From assembly GCA_037446635.1 (NCBI GenBank), contig JBBIIG010000058.1, positions 1 through 25,578 on the forward strand: DNA of 25,578 nt. The letters run 5' to 3'. Origin of the DNA: a bacterium (GTDB lineage: Bacteria > Zhuqueibacterota > Zhuqueibacteria > Oceanimicrobiales > Oceanimicrobiaceae). The position numbers and the translations under genes are program-made. Position 1 is the stretch's first letter, and each line of letters opens with the position of its first letter. Positions 24,243 through 25,578 of the stretch are shown piece by piece. The notes beneath the pieces are model-generated. The model searched no databases. It saw only the letters and a list, made by a program, of their open reading frames with translations, and was not told the DNA's origin.

Positions 24243-24455
24243 TCAAATGTATCCCAAATCTTCCAAACGTTTCTTCAACGCCTCGTCTTCTTCGTCAGAA
24301 GCCGCGGGGCGATCGTTAGCCGCCAGCACTTCTTTCAGAACGAAATTCACGTAATCCGACACCGATTGAAACTGGGTGGACTGGGCGATGATCTTTTGGA
24401 TCTGATCGTGGTACTCTTTGAGGATTTCTATTTTGACGACATTTGGATCTTCCAT
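24243..24455 (-). CDS. Small CopG/ribbon-helix-helix-like protein with a C-terminal RLxxLGY tail
   Basis: 70 aa. Strand VKIEI, helix, FQSVSDYVNFVLKEVL helix, acidic linker, then EALKKRLEDLGYI. AAAGGA RBS. Confidence 0.82.
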   Translation of the reverse strand: MEDPNVVKIEILKEYHDQIQKIIAQSTQFQSVSDYVNFVLKEVLAANDRPAASDEEDEALKKRLEDLGYI

Positions 24456-24493
24456 GACAAAATTCCTTTTTGCTTCATTTTGAGGGCGGCCTC

Positions 24494-24565
24494 ATGTCAC
24501 TCAGGCGGAATCTTCTTGGGTTTGAGGCAGTCTATTTGATGAAAAAGTTTCCTCCTGAATGACAT
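24494..24565. repeat. TGTCA...TGACA-type imperfect inverted repeat (REP-like)
   Basis: ATGTCACTCAGGCGGAATCT (24494-24513) versus AGTTTCCTCCTGAATGACAT (24546-24565): 17/20 complementary, 32-nt loop. Confidence 0.7.
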
Positions 24566-24583
24566 TTACTTCGATAGATCTTC

Positions 24584-25578
24584 CTACTGATCGGAACCAG
24601 CGAAATTCTCAATCACATCGATCATGTAATCCCACGAATATTTTTTCTTCTCCAACTTTACATTCTCCACAAATTCGCGTTCCTTATTTTGCCGGTAGAA
24701 CCGCACCACGGCCTCCGCCAGCGCGATCGGATTTTCCGGCGGCGCCACAAATCCGGTTTGATTATCGTGCACGACTTCCGCCAACCCGCCCACATCCGTG
24801 ACGATACAAGGCTTGTTGAGCTGATACGCGATTTGCACGATGCCGCTTTGCGTGGCGGAGCGATACGGCAGTACCACCACGTCACACGCCGAAAAATACA
24901 AATTCACTTCCTCATTTGCAACAAAGTCGGCGTGGATGGTTACGGCGTCGGCGATTTGCAAATCGGCGACCTGCTTGCGAAACGCCGCTTCATTCTCGTA
25001 AAACTCGCCCACCACCAGCAGCCGCAGCTTGACGCGCCGCAAAATTTCGGGCATCGCCTGCAGCAGCACCTCCAGTCCCTTGTAGGGGCGCACGTACCCA
25101 AAAAACAAAATGACGCGCTCGTCGGACAAATTCAAACGCCGGCGCGCTTCGGCTTTATCCAACGGCTGCCCGAAAATTTCATACACCGGGTGCGGCACCA
25201 CGCGATGCTTCGCTTGCGGGGCCAGCTCCAGCAGTTGTTCGCGCACCGCCTGCGACTGCACGATAAAAAAATCCCCGGGCTTAAAAGCAAATTTTGTGAG
25301 AAACGTATCCCCCACTCGGCGCTCGTGCGGAACGATGTTATCGCAGATAAACATAATTTTTGTGCGGATATTCTTTTTGACGAGCCGGGCGATGACGCCG
25401 TAAGCGGGCGCGAAGAACGGCATCCAATATTTGAAAATGAGCAGATCGGGATTGAGCCGGCGAATTCGGCGGCCGGCCCGCCACCAGCTCAGCGGCGAAA
25501 TGGAATCGATGATCGGCTCGGTGGGAATTTTCGCGGATTCGTCGGCGCTGATATCGAGCTGGGTTTTCCCCGGAAAAA
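24584..25578 (-). CDS. Glycosyltransferase family 4 (GT-B), 5' end outside the window
   Basis: The frame stays open beyond the track start (FPGKTQ...IDSISPLSW...FKYWMPFF). Motifs LFFGYVRPYKGL, LPYRSATQSG and TDVGGLAEVV. Confidence 0.93.
   Translation of the reverse strand, partial: FPGKTQLDISADESAKIPTEPIIDSISPLSWWRAGRRIRRLNPDLLIFKYWMPFFAPAYGVIARLVKKNIRTKIMFICDNIVPHERRVGDTFLTKFAFKPGDFFIVQSQAVREQLLELAPQAKHRVVPHPVYEIFGQPLDKAEARRRLNLSDERVILFFGYVRPYKGLEVLLQAMPEILRRVKLRLLVVGEFYENEAAFRKQVADLQIADAVTIHADFVANEEVNLYFSACDVVVLPYRSATQSGIVQIAYQLNKPCIVTDVGGLAEVVHDNQTGFVAPPENPIALAEAVVRFYRQNKEREFVENVKLEKKKYSWDYMIDVIENFAGSDQ

Overview
A 25.6 kb window of bacterial chromosome. The content (T9SS translocon SprA, Ig-repeat secreted enzyme) together with strong Shine-Dalgarno sites suggests a non-Bacteroidota FCB-group organism, possibly KSB1 or Calditrichota-like; this is inference only. 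Left to right: (1) a frameshifted secreted metallophosphoesterase with tandem Ig-like repeats running off the left edge; (2) an acpS-vanZ-small Cys/His protein unit, divergent from an ECF sigma factor with no adjacent anti-sigma gene; (3) a minus-strand run sprA - M28 glutaminyl-cyclase-like - prmA - ppx, divergent from lptF-lptG; (4) an internally deleted DNA methyltransferase remnant; (5) dusB preceded by three peptidases of different catalytic classes; (6) a membrane-anchored patatin; (7) a decayed secreted beta-propeller-like gene; (8) a GT4 - small RHH-like protein - Thr-type sulfatase-like cluster interrupted by a 254-bp IS4-like MITE with a perfect 9-bp target duplication. Several intergenic spacers hold REP-like palindromes or 9-bp-period inverted repeats. 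I recognised no rRNA, tRNA or CRISPR array. The best leads are the RHH protein carrying a sulfatase-type 'RLxxLGY' tail next to a tail-less sulfatase-like enzyme, the MITE, and the sprA-QC coupling with a probable ATC start codon.
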